Assembly (NCBI GenBank): GCA_964016885.1
Contig: OZ024754.1
Span: forward strand, 33,852,001-33,916,000
Origin: Eledone cirrhosa
Lineage: Eukaryota
Length of the DNA stretch: 64,000 nucleotides
Direction of reading: 5' to 3'
Below, one piece after another: positions 37,929-50,254 of this stretch. The notes beneath the pieces are model-generated. The model had not been told where the DNA came from and did not search any database. It saw only the letters and a program-made list of their open reading frames with translations. How positions within the stretch are numbered: the stretch's first letter is position 1; each line of letters begins with the position of its first letter. The translations under genes were made by a program, and so were the position numbers.

Positions 37929-38065
37929 TTACGAGATGAAGAACTCTCAAAAGAAATGCAAGAGTCTAACTGGTTTTCTGCTCCATCTGCATTACGTGTG
38001 TATGGCCAGTATCTAAATTTAGATAAAGACCACAATGGTATGCTTAGCAAGGAAGAGTTATCTAG
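37929..38065 (+). CDS. PPP2R3C: PPP2R3C exon 9 (EF-hand)
   Basis: LRDEELSKEMQESNWFSAPSALRVYGQYLNLDKDHNGMLSKEELSR. Confidence 0.96.
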
Positions 38066-38786
38066 GTAATTAATATATTCTTTATTCAAAAATTTTGCTA
38101 TTTTTTTATACCAAACTGCCTGAAATTACCCTTGGTTCTATAATATAAAGCTGTTTTAAATTATTTATATTTATCTAAAGAATCTTCAGATTAAATAAGG
38201 AGAAAGTTATTTCATTAAATCTCTTCAAATTCTTTGTATTTCCAAACTCCTAAAACTGCCCTATGGTAGTGTTTGTGTTTATTGAAAAACTTTCCCTCAT
38301 AATTTTATGTAAGATAATTACTGTTTATACTCAGATATAGGCCGATCCGAATATAGTTCCCCCCTTTCCAAGTTTATGTCTGAGAAATAGGTGAAAATCC
38401 AAACCTTGTTTATATACCAAGGCAACTTATCAACACATTGTTTAGATAGCATTTATAAGCCAATCCCCACCTCCCCCCTTTTACCATCGAATTTTTGGTC
38501 ACATATTTCTCGGCTTATATTCAAATGTAAATAGTATGTTTTTTTTTTTTCAAACAGTTTACTAACAAAAAAGTTATTTATTTTAATCAATTTCTCGAAA
38601 TGTTTGATTATTTATGAAATCTTAAACACATTGGCAGTGTATTTCACTAGAAATATGTTAGAAAAATGGTTAACGTTTTATAATGTAAAGCTGAGATGAT
38701 AATTTATATTTATTCTCAGAATATAGCCATTTTTATTATTATTTCAGAGTTTCTTGTTTTATTATTGAAGTATTTTACCACCACAG

Positions 38787-38862
38787 ATATGGTACTGGAA
38801 CTTTGACTGATGTCTTTCTTGAACGAATATTTCAGGAATGCTTAACGTACGATGGAGAAATG
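38787..38862 (+). CDS. PPP2R3C: PPP2R3C exon 10
   Basis: YGTGTLTDVFLERIFQECLTYDGEM. Confidence 0.95.
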
Positions 38863-38939
38863 GTTAGTGTCACAGATTGTTTGATCTTGCAATAGTTTCA
38901 GATTTGTTTTCATGTAACATTGCTGTATGTATTTGGTGC

Positions 38940-39140
38940 AGAATAGGTATCCTTGTGTGTTGTAAGAGGTATTGAATAGGTACACTGTATCCCACCATGT
39001 GTTAAGTGGTTTAAAATAGGTACAGTGTATCCCTGCATGTTGCAAGAGATTTAGAATAGGTTCACTGTATCCTAGCATGTATTAAGTGGTTTAAAATAGT
39101 GTATCCCTGCATGTTGTTGGAGATTTAGAATAGGTACACT
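38940..39140. repeat. Degenerate ~38-bp tandem repeat
   Basis: Recurring AATAGGTACACTGTATCCCTGCATGTTG. Confidence 0.6.
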
Positions 39141-39525
39141 GTTGTAAGAGGAAATTAAAAGGAGTTGGCACCAGGAAGACATCATCATCATCATTTTGAC
39201 TCAAAAAAGTCCCTTGATGGATATGTAACCTGTCATGGAGCTCAGAAGGCTAAAATGCTTCTTGTCTGTTATGTAACAGTCCCTTGATCCTTATCTTCCT
39301 CATGTTTCTCTTTATTATTATTTTTATTTATTTTTGTGCACACAACCTTGCTCAGTGTTTAAGAAGTTTGTGTGGTATGAGGTCCTTGGAAAGAAAGGAT
39401 TGAGTAAGAGGTTATTAAAAGGAATGAGATGATAGGAAGAGGTCTTTGGAAAGAAAAGGTGTCTACACCTAAACATTAAATTTAAAAAAAAAACTCAATC
39501 AAATCCTCACTCTAATATTTTTCAG

Positions 39526-39663
39526 GACTACAAAACTTACCTTGATTTTGTTTTAGCCTTAGAGAATCGGAAAGAACTGCAGTCTTTACAATATCTGTTT
39601 CGTATTTTGGATGTACAGCAGAAGGGTTACCTTGATACATTCTCTCTCAATTATTTTTATCGA
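39526..39663 (+). CDS. PPP2R3C: PPP2R3C exon 11
   Basis: DYKTYLDFVLALENRKELQSLQYLFRILDVQQKGYLDTFSLNYFYR. Confidence 0.95.
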
Positions 39664-40717
39664 GTAAGTATACACTTGTATTATCTTTCATATAATTAGA
39701 TTTGGTTTCATATACTATTAGGCAGCAAATTAACAGTGTCATTAGACTGCTTTGGTATGGACATGTGATGCACAGGGATGATGATTGCTGGATGAAGAAA
39801 GATGCTAGGAAAGCCTTCAGGAAGGCAGCCGCTGTGGAGGTAGACCAAGAGAGACTTGGGCAGAGGTGGTGAGAGCTGACCTCAAATCACTGAGACTCAC
39901 AGAGGAGATGATGAAAGAACATGGCGAGTGGAGAGATGTTATATTGAGAAGGACCTGTCCAACCCATGCAAGCACGGAATTACTGGCCATAGAAGCGATG
40001 ATGAACTTTTGTTATGCTTCAAACATCAATTTAATGAGAAAATTAACTATTTCTATTTCTATATTTCGTGTTCCGGCCAACAGGCTGAGGCCATGCTGGG
40101 GCACTGAATCACTCAAAATTATTTTTAAATCATTGGCATTAGAAATATAGTAAGAAGGTTAAGAACCACAGGCCTTCAAAGGCATTTTTGTCCAAGTAGA
40201 ATAAATTCATTGAGAAATTATAACTTTTCTTGGTTATTATATATTTTGATTCTTTAACATGTTTGTTAATTCAAATGTTTATAGTATCTTTACTAGTGGA
40301 TAGAGCATTGTGGAAATTTGCTGTAAATTAAATAATTATTCCTACTTTTGGCACTTACTGGTACTTTATTTTATCGACCCCGTAAGGATGAAAGGCAAAG
40401 TTAACCTCGGTGAGATTTGAACTCAGACCGCAAAGGGACGTAACTCTATGATGCAAAGCATGGCGTCCGACCCTCTACCGATAGTGCCAATCCACAACAA
40501 TTAAATAATTGTTTCTACTTTTGGCACGAGGCCAGCAATCATCCCAGTGCATTACTGGTACTTTATTTTATCGACCTTGTACGGATGAAAGGCAAAGTTA
40601 GTGCTGTTTTGTACCTTTTAAGAAAGTCTTGCTAATGTGGTTTCATGTGGTACAGGATATTGTGAGTTATATTGTTCCCAATATGTTTTGTTTATATAAG
40701 TTAAAAATTCACTTCAG

Positions 40718-40845
40718 GCTATTCAAGAACAAATGAAAAGACATAATCAAGAACCAATTTTATTTGAAGATGTTAGAGATGAAATATTTGACATGGTGAA
40801 ACCAAAGGAACCTTTTAAAATAACTTTACAAGATTTAATTCATAG
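40718..40845 (+). CDS. PPP2R3C: PPP2R3C exon 12
   Basis: AIQEQMKRHNQEPILFEDVRDEIFDMVKPKEPFKITLQDLIHS. Confidence 0.95.
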
Positions 40846-41689
40846 GTGAGTAATCATCATTATCATCATCATCACCATCACCATTATTTAGTGTTACAAA
40901 TACCATCTTTGTCATCATCATTTAACAGGCATGGGTTAAGAATGAAATAGTTAATAACTTGAGCAAATCCATCCAAAGTTAATTAGAAATATGACCACTA
41001 AAGCATTTAAATCTTCAAGTTTATTCCTGTTGGTTATCATGCTTACCTATGGCCATGAATCTTGGGTAATGACCAAAAGTATATGATTGTGAATACAAGC
41101 AGCTGAAATGGGGTTTCTTTGAGAGGTCTTTTGAGTAACATTACTTGATAAGGGTGTAGATCAAGAAGTTGCTCATTGTAGAGCCGCTACTTCTCCAAAT
41201 TGAAAGATCATAGCTCTGATACTATGGATATGTGTTTAGAATGTCTAAGGAAAAAAATCACTGGCCAGATTTTACATGCAAAGCCAACTGGCAGGAGAGG
41301 AGACCCAGAGGTAGATCATGAGTAAAATGATTAGATAACATCCATGAGCTCATTTGGTCTCACTTGGAGATGGTTGCTTCTGATAGGATCCCCTGGAAGG
41401 CATGTCTGAGGACTCTGCTCCCATGACCCTACCAGGAATAAGTGGGGGAAGTAGAAGATGGTTACCTTCATCAGATTTAGACATTTTCACAGATTTTCCC
41501 TAAAACATATTCATTATATGTCGCACATTTAGTGAATAATCGTCAGTTTTCTATCTTGGAATGGCTTGGATAGGCCATCACAGTCCGATTTTAGATGAGT
41601 TAGAGAAGCATATCTTGTTCATAAGTTCCATATTATTTCTACAGGTGGGTGCCCTGGATTCATTTTATTGTGGCTCTGGCATTGCCTCT

Positions 41690-42365
41690 TTGCAAAGTGT
41701 ACTGAGTGCATTTTATCCTAGCACCAGCACTACCACTTTACAGAGTGTACTGAGTGCATCTTAACATGGCACCATCACTACCACTTTACAGAGTGTACTG
41801 AGTGTATCTTAACATAACACTATCATTTTACATAGTGGACTATGTACCTTTTATCCTAGCACTAGCACTACCACTTGACAGAGTGTACCTTAACATAACA
41901 CTACCATTTTACATAGTGGACTATGTACCTTTTATCCTAGCACCAGCACTACCACTTTACAGAGTGTACTGAGTGCATCTTAACATGGCACCATCACTAC
42001 CACTTTACAGAGTGTACTGAGTGTATCTTAACATAACACTATCATTTTACATAGTGGACTATGTACCTTTTATCCTAGCACCAGCACTACCATTTGACAG
42101 AGTGTACCTTAACATAACACTATCACTTTATATAGTGGACTATGTACCTTTTATCCTAGCACTACCACTTGACAGAGTGTACTGAGTGTATCTTAACATA
42201 ACACTATCACTACCACTGTACATAGTGGACTATGTACCTTTTATCCTAGCACCAGCACTACCATTTGACAGAGTGTACTGAGTGTATCTTAACATAACAC
42301 TATCACTACCACTGTACATAGTGGACTATGTACCTTTTATCCTAGCACCAGCACTACCATTTGAA
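41690..42365. repeat. Compound tandem repeat of ~35-45-bp subunits
   Basis: Recurring CACTACCACTTTACAGAGTGTACTGAGTG / CATAGTGGACTATGTACCTTTTATCCTAGCAC; resembles internal repeats of the RTE 3' UTR. Confidence 0.75.
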
Positions 42366-42443
42366 GCGTGAAGCTCATGTAATAACACCATATCTCAGAG
42401 ATAGATGACGTGTAAATTACATGTTATTTTCTATTTATTTCAG

Positions 42444-42537
42444 TGGCAGAGGTGACACTGTGTTGAGTATTCTTATTGATCTTAATGATTTCTGGACCTA
42501 TGAGAACCGGGAATACATTGTTCTTGACGCAGCAAAA

Positions 42538-42571
<34 letters not shown>

Positions 42572-42585
42572 TATACAAAATTTAA
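42444..42585 (+). CDS. PPP2R3C: PPP2R3C exon 13 (last), with poly-Asp tail
   Basis: GRGDTVLSILIDLNDFWTYENREYIVLDAAK(D)11VYKI*; AATAAA at 42603. Spliced CDS totals 1404 nt = 467 aa. Confidence 0.94.
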
Positions 42586-43839
42586 ACATTTATTATAATA
42601 TCAATAAAATTCTTGACATGAACTAGATATATTTTTTGAAATGTATAAAAATTTCTCTAAAAATAGGTTGATTTTTTTTTAAGACATCTATTTTTCTGTT
42701 TTTATAAAAAGCATAATCGTGTTTTGTTTTGTTTGTTTTTTTTTTTCTCAATAAAACTTGGGTGATTTCATTAGGAATGGCTGTGGTTAAAGAGTTCACT
42801 CCGTAACCATGTTTTCAGGTTCAGTTGCATATATAAATATATACACACATACATGTATTATCAGATCTGATGTCTGTATTATTAGTCCACACTATCAAAC
42901 TACCTGTATTATCAGATCTGATTAACACAGCTCTTTCTAGCTCAACTTGGCTTAGCTCTCTCTCTCTCCACACTACCAATATTGTCCAAGGGAAAGGCAA
43001 AAGCTGATACAACTTGGCACCATTGTCTTTGCAGTCCATTATATTTTCCAACTGACTGGATTATGAGCATCATAAAAGAAAAGTGTCTTACTCAAGGATA
43101 CAACACACTTTCTTCCAGGAATCGAACTCACAACCTGTCATAAACCTACTACACTTACAATTGATATTTAAGGGAATTCTTATCACCATTTCTCAGGAAT
43201 GTGAACATTGGTTAAGGGTCCCTATACACACACCTGCTCCCAATATACATTACACCTGTACCACATGTCATCAACTTATGACATGTTAACTGCATATGTA
43301 GTGTTGGTATTCATGGAGGTCTCAGTTTTGGGCATGAAATGACATCATTGTTTTGAATAACGTTATTTTTACATTCAACAAATGTTGCTTGCTGGTGTAT
43401 ATATATATATATATGTATGTATGAATACACATGCATGTATATATCATTACTTATATACATATATGTGTATACATTGATACACATATACATACATCCCTCT
43501 TCACCAACTCCATTTTTCGACACATCTTTCTTGGTTTTCCCCTCCTTTTACTTCCTCCCACACCTAAGCATTTTAAGGTCATCTTCCCAGCTAAAAGAAA
43601 GAGTTAACCTTACAAGCCCCATGACAAGCTTCACCATTTTGCACTACTCTCTTCACCAACACCCTGGCTTTTATTTCCTCGCCCTCCTCCATTTTTAGAC
43701 ACATATTCAACTTCCACATTAATTTCCATCACAACTCTCACCCAGTCAACAGTGATTAAGAGTACAAAAGTAATGGAGAAAATACAAACATCCAATTTTA
43801 TTACAAAAAGAATGATTTATATAAAAAGATTTACCCAAA

Positions 43840-43921
43840 AATCTTTATCAAGGAAAGAAATATCTATGCTAACAAGTATTTTGATTTATTGTTAACATGT
43901 CATGTTGACTTAATTAAGATT
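43840..43921 (-). promoter_or_regulatory. SECIS element (form 1) in GPX 3' UTR
   Basis: Minus RNA: helix I AAUCUUAAUUAAG/CUUGAUAAAGAUU, core AUGAC..AGAU, helix II AUGUUAACAA/UUGUUAGCAU (10 bp), apical loop UAAAUCAAAAUAC with unpaired AAA. Confidence 0.88.
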
Positions 43922-44060
43922 CAAGGAAAAAATGTTTATAACATCAGTCTTTATGTAATAAATAATATGCCAAATACTTTTTCACATATGAAATGGCAAA
44001 AAATTACGACTAATATATTTTTGTGTGAAGCTAAACTAGATTAAACTTTTTAACTTTTAA

Positions 44061-44425
44061 CATCCTGTAATACTTTGATAAAATATATCTAAAAACAAGT
44101 CTCTTTACTATTGATTAGAATTTGCAGTGTTAGAGTAAACACTAATTTTTTAAAGTAGTCATAGTGCTGTTTTGTACTTTGGTTGTTGTTTTAGATCAAA
44201 TACAGAATAATAACTCTTCATTGGTATTGCTTACATTGTTCATTAAATACTATAAACATTTAATTTTGTACGAAATGTATATAGTACCTTTTATACTGGA
44301 TATTTCGTTATAAAAATTTACATTATTAGACTAACGACTTTAATAATTTTTAATGTGATGCAGTTAGTATTATTTTTCACTTTTAAAAAATGACTTGCTA
44401 ATGTGGTTTCATATATTATAGGATG
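44061..44425. mobile_element. TTAA-flanked MITE inside GPX 3' UTR
   Basis: TTAA|CATCCTGTAATA ... TATTATAGGATG|TTAA; related sequence at ~35470-35630, 36360-36530, 40600-40665. Confidence 0.7.
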
Positions 44426-44454
44426 TTAAGAGTTTAACAAAGTGTCCCATGAGT

Positions 44455-44805
44455 CTAAGAGAATTTTTCAATAAGGAATTTTATATCCTTCTGGATATCT
44501 ATAGTTTGGAAAACTTTACTATAACGAAGAAACGGTTGCCCATCGGGTGATATGAGAAACTTCTCAAAATTCCACGAGATATCATTACGTTTGACTGGAG
44601 ACCAGATGATACTGGAAGGACTTTTCACAAAACTTACAGGATCATCACTTGGGTAAGGTAGATGGCTTTTCAGAAACTGAAACACAGCATGGCTAGTGTC
44701 ACCATTTACATCCACTTTCTCCATCATCATAATATTTGGTTGGAAGCCACTTCCTGGGCGGACATTGTGAAGGGACTGTAATATTTCTTCACTGTTTCCA
44801 TTTTC
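44455..44805 (-). CDS. GPX1: Selenium-dependent glutathione peroxidase (GPX1/2-like), last coding exon
   Basis: ENGNSEEILQSLHNVRPGSGFQPN..KVDVNG..WSPVKRNDISWNFEKFLISPDG..FS*; acceptor AG at 44806-44807. Confidence 0.95.
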   Translation of the reverse strand, partial: ENGNSEEILQSLHNVRPGSGFQPNIMMMEKVDVNGDTSHAVFQFLKSHLPYPSDDPVSFVKSPSSIIWSPVKRNDISWNFEKFLISPDGQPFLRYSKVFQTIDIQKDIKFLIEKFS

Positions 44806-44902
44806 CTATGAATCAATGGTAAAGATTATTCATATAAATTAATACAAATCAGTATTATATTATATACTGTCATACAATGTGAATATATATATATATATAT
44901 AC

Positions 44903-45272
44903 ACCTCTCAAAGACACACGACCGTGACTTCTGGCGTCACGCAGTAATACAGAGTACCTGACCTCCCATGGGTACATGCTGAAGCATATAAACAATATGC
45001 CCCCACACCCCCCACCGCAAGGTGGTCGTGGAGGTGCCACGGCAAAAAAGCACCCAGCCCACACTAAAGTGGACGTGTAGGCACCACGAAAAAGCACCCA
45101 GCACTCACTGTAAATGAGGTTGGTGTTAGGAAGGGCATCCAGCTGTAGAAATCAAGCCAGATCAGTTCCTGTATGAGCAAGGCATGGTCAGCCGACCAGA
45201 CACTGCACACAACAGGACAACCCGTCTAACCCATGCTAGCGTGGAAGAACGGACGTAAAACGGTGATGATGA
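44903..45272 (+). mobile_element. RTE LINE 3' fragment
   Basis: Near-identical to 63345-63732; ends in (GAT)n. Confidence 0.8.
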
Positions 45273-46064
45273 TATGTGTGTGTGTGTATACATATACATA
45301 TATATATATATATGTGTCGTCTATCTTTGTTTACAGTTGCCTAAAAAGGTAGCATCACATGCATCTGCACAATTGCACAATCTAACATACATGCAGCATT
45401 TGAAGACATGGCCATTATATATATATATACTAACACAAACACATTATATACACACTCAGATCTATATATACACATATATAATCATCATCATCACCATTTA
45501 ATGACCATTTTTCCATGCTAGCATGGGTTGGACAGGTTGTCCCGTGGGTCAGGTGACACAACTGATTCTAACTTGGTTTGTACGGCTGGAAGACTTTCCT
45601 AATGCCAACCACTTTACAGTGTGGGCTGGATGCTTTTTGTCATGATACCTACATGGCAACTTTTCTGCCATGTCGCCATCAGAACCACTTTACAGTGTGG
45701 GGTTGGGAAACTTTTTATCATTTATATATAGCGAGACACGGTCACCCGATCAATCTTGGGACAACTGTCTAACTCATGCTAGCGCGGAAGATGGACGTTA
45801 AACGAAGATGATGATATAAAGTGCAGGGCGATCAAAATTGATGGAAGTTAGAGTAGGTAGACCCAGAAAAAACCTGGGACGATTTGATAAATTCCGACCT
45901 TACACACTTGCACCTCTCAAAGACAATGTCACTGGACCGAGATCTTTGGCGCCACGCAGTAATACAGAAGACCCGCCTTGCCTATGTACAAAGAGTATAA
46001 TATAAATATGCACACTACACATGCTAGCACAAAACCACCCGAAGGGTGGTTTTTCTGCTAGTTA

Positions 46065-46430
46065 TAATTGTTTCTACTTTTGGCACAAGACCAGCAATTA
46101 CCCAGTAAATTACTGGTACTTTATTTTATCGACCCCGTAAGGGTGAAAGGCAAAGTTAACCTCGACAGAATTTGAACTCAAACCGTAAAGGGACGTAACT
46201 ATGCTAGAAATCATGGCGTCAGACCCTCAAGTTATTTTTGTTGTTGGATTGGCAGTATCGGTAGAGAGTCGGACGCCATGCTTTGACGCATAGAGTTACG
46301 GCCCTTTCCATTCTGAGTTCAAATCCCGCCATGGTTAACTTTGCCTTTCATCCTTACGGGGTCGATAAAATAAAGTACCAGTAATGCACTGGGTTTTTGC
46401 TGGCCTTGTGCCTAAAGTAGAAACGGTTAT
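46065..46430. mobile_element. Two SINE family A copies in divergent (inverted) orientation within the GPX intron
   Basis: Minus copy ~46065-46227 and plus copy ~46245-46430. Confidence 0.8.
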
Positions 46431-46698
46431 TATTATTATTGGGCCATAGAAGGAAAAAAAAACTAGTTCTATACACACACACATACATAAACAAAATTCC
46501 TCTACTTTGGGATTTGGAGGGAAGGCCACAAAGACAATACAAACTTCCATGAAAAACAGACATGAATTATCACTGTAATGTGGTTTCATGGGGTACAAGG
46601 TGTTAATGTGGTTTTATGTGGTACAGGAGGTTAAGTGTTAATGTGGTTACATGTGATACGGGACATTAAGTGTTAATACATCCTACATATTTACAAAC

Positions 46699-46929
46699 CT
46701 GAAATCCAAATTGGTTGCATGGAAATCCTAAAATGACAAGCTTATTGGAAAACTGAGCGACAAGCTTGTTCATTTGAGTGTAATCCCGGGTGGTTGTGCC
46801 TCATAATGAAGCTACATTCTCAACAAGTACAACTTTACCCATGAACTTACTGAAGTCAATATGCTCTCCTTTTAAGGTTTTTGCTGAAAGTTCAAAAAAA
46901 CCTTTAACAGCAGTAGGAAATGTGGCCAT
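46699..46929 (-). CDS. GPX1: Selenium-dependent glutathione peroxidase, first coding exon, with Sec (UGA) at codon 43
   Basis: [65 protein letters not shown]; TGA at 46803-46801; donor CAG|GTTTGT at the GPX1/2 intron position; total 193 aa. Confidence 0.95.
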
Positions 46930-47385
46930 TGTTCTGAAATAAATAAAAAAGAAAATATTACTCCATAGATATTAGTTAAAGCCTTTTAGTTATATATATA
47001 TATATATATATAGTAATAATAAATGTGAAGACTAAAATCCGAAGAGGGCTCGATAAGGATTATAATAAATATATATGTGTGTGTAAGGTAAAAAGCAAGT
47101 AAGCTAATCAGGTGATTAGTTATGCAGATTACTAGCCAGTAGAGAGAGAGTTAGTGTGCTCGATGCATATAGGTTGCTAGACTAGCGAGCGATGCGATTA
47201 GATGGAAAGAGAGATAGTTTAACGTATAATACGCAGAGCAAAAAATGTGTCTATCCTAGACAGACACATAGAAGCAGGTAATTTTCATACTATATAATGT
47301 ATGGATATTTAATGATGACGAACAGAAATGAAATCAAAGAATTAGATGATTAAATTTCAAATCCTAAAAACGTACGAACACATAC

Positions 47386-47516
47386 CTTAACGAAATGGAG
47401 AAGAAAGATTTTCTACGTAAAATTAACCCAGCCGCCTTGTTTGACCTGCTACAAACTGAATTGAATTGTTTCACTATCGCCAGCTATCCGTATTGCTTCA
47501 TTGGTCCTTTATATAA
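47386..47516 (-). promoter_or_regulatory. Putative GPX non-coding first exon and core promoter
   Basis: Acceptor TTTCAG 4 nt upstream of the ATG implies a 5' UTR exon; donor AG|GTATG at 47386/47385; TATATAAA on minus at 47508-47515. Confidence 0.45.
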
Positions 47517-48127
47517 CCGCTCTTTAAAACAGGGGCAAGCATGTTAACATTCTAAAAATAGTTAATTTAAATAACAAACGAAGCATGAGTACTTTAAAGA
47601 ATTTAACCTCTAAAGTAAGTTAAATTTGTAAAACAGTAAAACCACACGTAGGAGTCATTTCAGTTAGGTTAGAGTGTGTAAATACGATTTAATTCTAACT
47701 TGTTTCTATATGCTTTTATTTTGAAACTTTTTTTGCTCCTCATCTCAGCCCCCCCCCCCCCCCCCCCCCCATCATCTCACTCTCATTCTTTTTCAAACCT
47801 GCTAATCTTTCTCTTCTACGTCCTCCCACCCCCATCATCAACAACACGTAGGTCTTGTTTGGATAGGGAAGAATCTACATATAAGATCTCAAATTTCAAT
47901 CCTCCACTTTCTCGACCAGATATGACAACATTTAAAACATATCAGACACAGTGCAATGCTAATAATGATAATAAAAAAAATCTATGCTGGCTTCGAAGTA
48001 TATTACTGAGTTACAATTTATCACGAACTTGTCCTAGACAATTAAGACTAGTTCGTGATAAAAATGTTCTGAAATTGAAGAATTTTGATTACATTCATAT
48101 CAGATAGAAATACATACATATAATCAA

Positions 48128-48252
48128 TTAATTATTGCTAGGAACCTTATAAATATATAATTATTGCTAGGAACCTTCTAATTATATAATTATTGCTAGG
48201 GACCTTATGATTACATAATTATTGCTAGGAACCTTCTAATTATATAATTATT
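48128..48252. repeat. ~29-bp tandem repeat (about 4 copies)
   Basis: TAATTATTGCTAGGAACCTT(A/C)TAA repeated. Confidence 0.8.
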
Positions 48253-48999
48253 AAAAATGAGTACCAGCAGTAGCTGGGGAGTTTAACCCTGTGATGGACA
48301 GGCATCCTATCCAGGTGGGAGTCTAGTATTCTCAATTGCTTCATGCCAGAATAAGTACTGGCCTAATGAACTTCTGGGTTTGAGACAGGCTTTAGATACA
48401 TGTTTGTGGAATGGTCAGCCACTTATATATCAATTCTGTGAGCTGCCTTCTCTGTTAATCAAACAACTGTCAAATGCAACAGATTCATTCCTTTTCTTAT
48501 TTCCTAGAAAAATACTTCAGTTGTCAGAGTAAAACACTTGACTTTCTGTTACTTCTAACAACACACCTCACACTCCTATGCAGATGATATCATACTTGAC
48601 TCCTTAAACATCTGTACAAATGCGTCATACACACACAATCTAGAGGTTTCACTCTACAAACTTTCATTTCCATCATAAAGAGAAACATTGAAAACATCTT
48701 CTAATAGGAACATGACCGTTATACTGTATCGTTGACCTTGTTGTTTCTGTTTACTTTTTGTATACAACTATATACATACGCTTCATACACACACACATAC
48801 ATATATATATATATACATACATACATACATACATACAAGTATGGCCATTGCATGATAAAAAAACCCGAAAAACATATATTAATAATTAATGGTGTTGCGA
48901 TTGAATATGTCTTTTTAGCTCAGCCAATGATCTAAAATGTCTTGCACAGAGTTGGTAACCATGATAAAAACATTCACTGGCAATAGCCAGCTGTGGTTG

Positions 49000-50200
49000 G
49001 TCTTCATCTACTTTTGCATGTCATTTGAGCCCTCCTGCTGATTTACACTCTTTTCCACATGCTTGACAGGTATGATGAGTAACATCTCCAACAGCAGCTT
49101 GGTAGTCAACCACTGGTCTCATTTTATGACTGCAAAGATGACTTCTGAGTCCAGCTTTGCTGAGGCAGAATCTCGCACAAACACTGCATATCAGCGCCAT
49201 AGGAGGACCTTTCCTTGTATGCAATTCGAGATGCTTCAAAAGCAACTTTCCCTTCATGTAGTCTTTCTCCATTTATTACGATCAGCAACTATGCTTTCCG
49301 ATGTATCAGCAGAGATGTTAGCGTCTTTCAAGGAATTCTTATACCTCTTTTTTGTTTTATGTGAAGGTCGTTTTCCATAACTCTCCATAAAAGAGTTGTT
49401 TTGGTATCCTAGAATCCTTCATCCTGGCCAGGTGACCACTCTATTGGAGTCTGTGCTTAAGCGCAAGAGCTTCTATGCTTTCACACAGAGAGCTTTCCCA
49501 AATCTCAACATCACTGATGTGGTCCCTCCAGTGAATGCCATGGATCCGTCTGAGACACATCTTATGGAAACGTTCCAACTGTTTAAGGTGGTATCGATAT
49601 GTGACCCATATCTCGCAGAAGAGAAGAGAGTAGGCATGCCTTGTACACCTTTACTTTTGTCTTCTTGCATATCTCTCACCAATCCCAGGAATGTGAAATT
49701 TCATTATCAAGATTGTTGTATCGATTGACAGTGCTTCCCAGGTAGACAAACTGATCAACCACTCCAAGTCGTTTACCATACACATAGATATTTGGTTCAA
49801 TGTACTGCTTACGAGGGGCAGGTTGGTACATGACAACGGTTTTCTTGAGACTGACAGTTAATCCAAGGACAGTGCAAGCATCAGAAAAGGTATTCAAAAT
49901 GTGTTGCATATCAATCTCTGTGTGCGCTACAAGATTGCAATCATCTGCATACAAGAGGTCTCTTATGATTGATGTAAATACTTTTGTTTGTACAGTGAAG
50001 CGCCTGATGTTAAATATGCTGCCAGAGGTTCGATAGTAGATGTAAACACCATGCTTGCAATTCCTGCGAAGCGGTGTCACCAGAGAAGAAGACGGTCCAT
50101 AAACTTCACCCAAGAGACTGTACAACAGCTTTGTGTTATTGGAATCTGACGCAGTTTGTATCTCATCAGCCTTCTCACTCCACCACTGATCCTTCATCTG
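49000..50200 (-). mobile_element. Degenerate RTE/BovB-like LINE with C-terminal C2H2 fingers
   Basis: LLYADDCNLVAH..GLTVSLKKTVVMYQPAP..FVYLGS; CSVCARFCLSKAGLRSH and CQACGKECKSAGGLK; frameshifts and an internal deletion. Confidence 0.85.
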
Positions 50201-50254
50201 AGAAAGACTCCGCCTAACACGTTACATACATACATACATGAGAACATATCTTAT

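Noticed and set aside
46801-46803. GPX pseudogene due to an in-frame stop
   Set aside because: The TGA sits at the catalytic selenocysteine position and a SECIS is present.
47700-48107. 135-aa ORF with poly-Pro
   Set aside because: Low complexity from a poly-C tract; TTG start; no recognisable domain or splice context.
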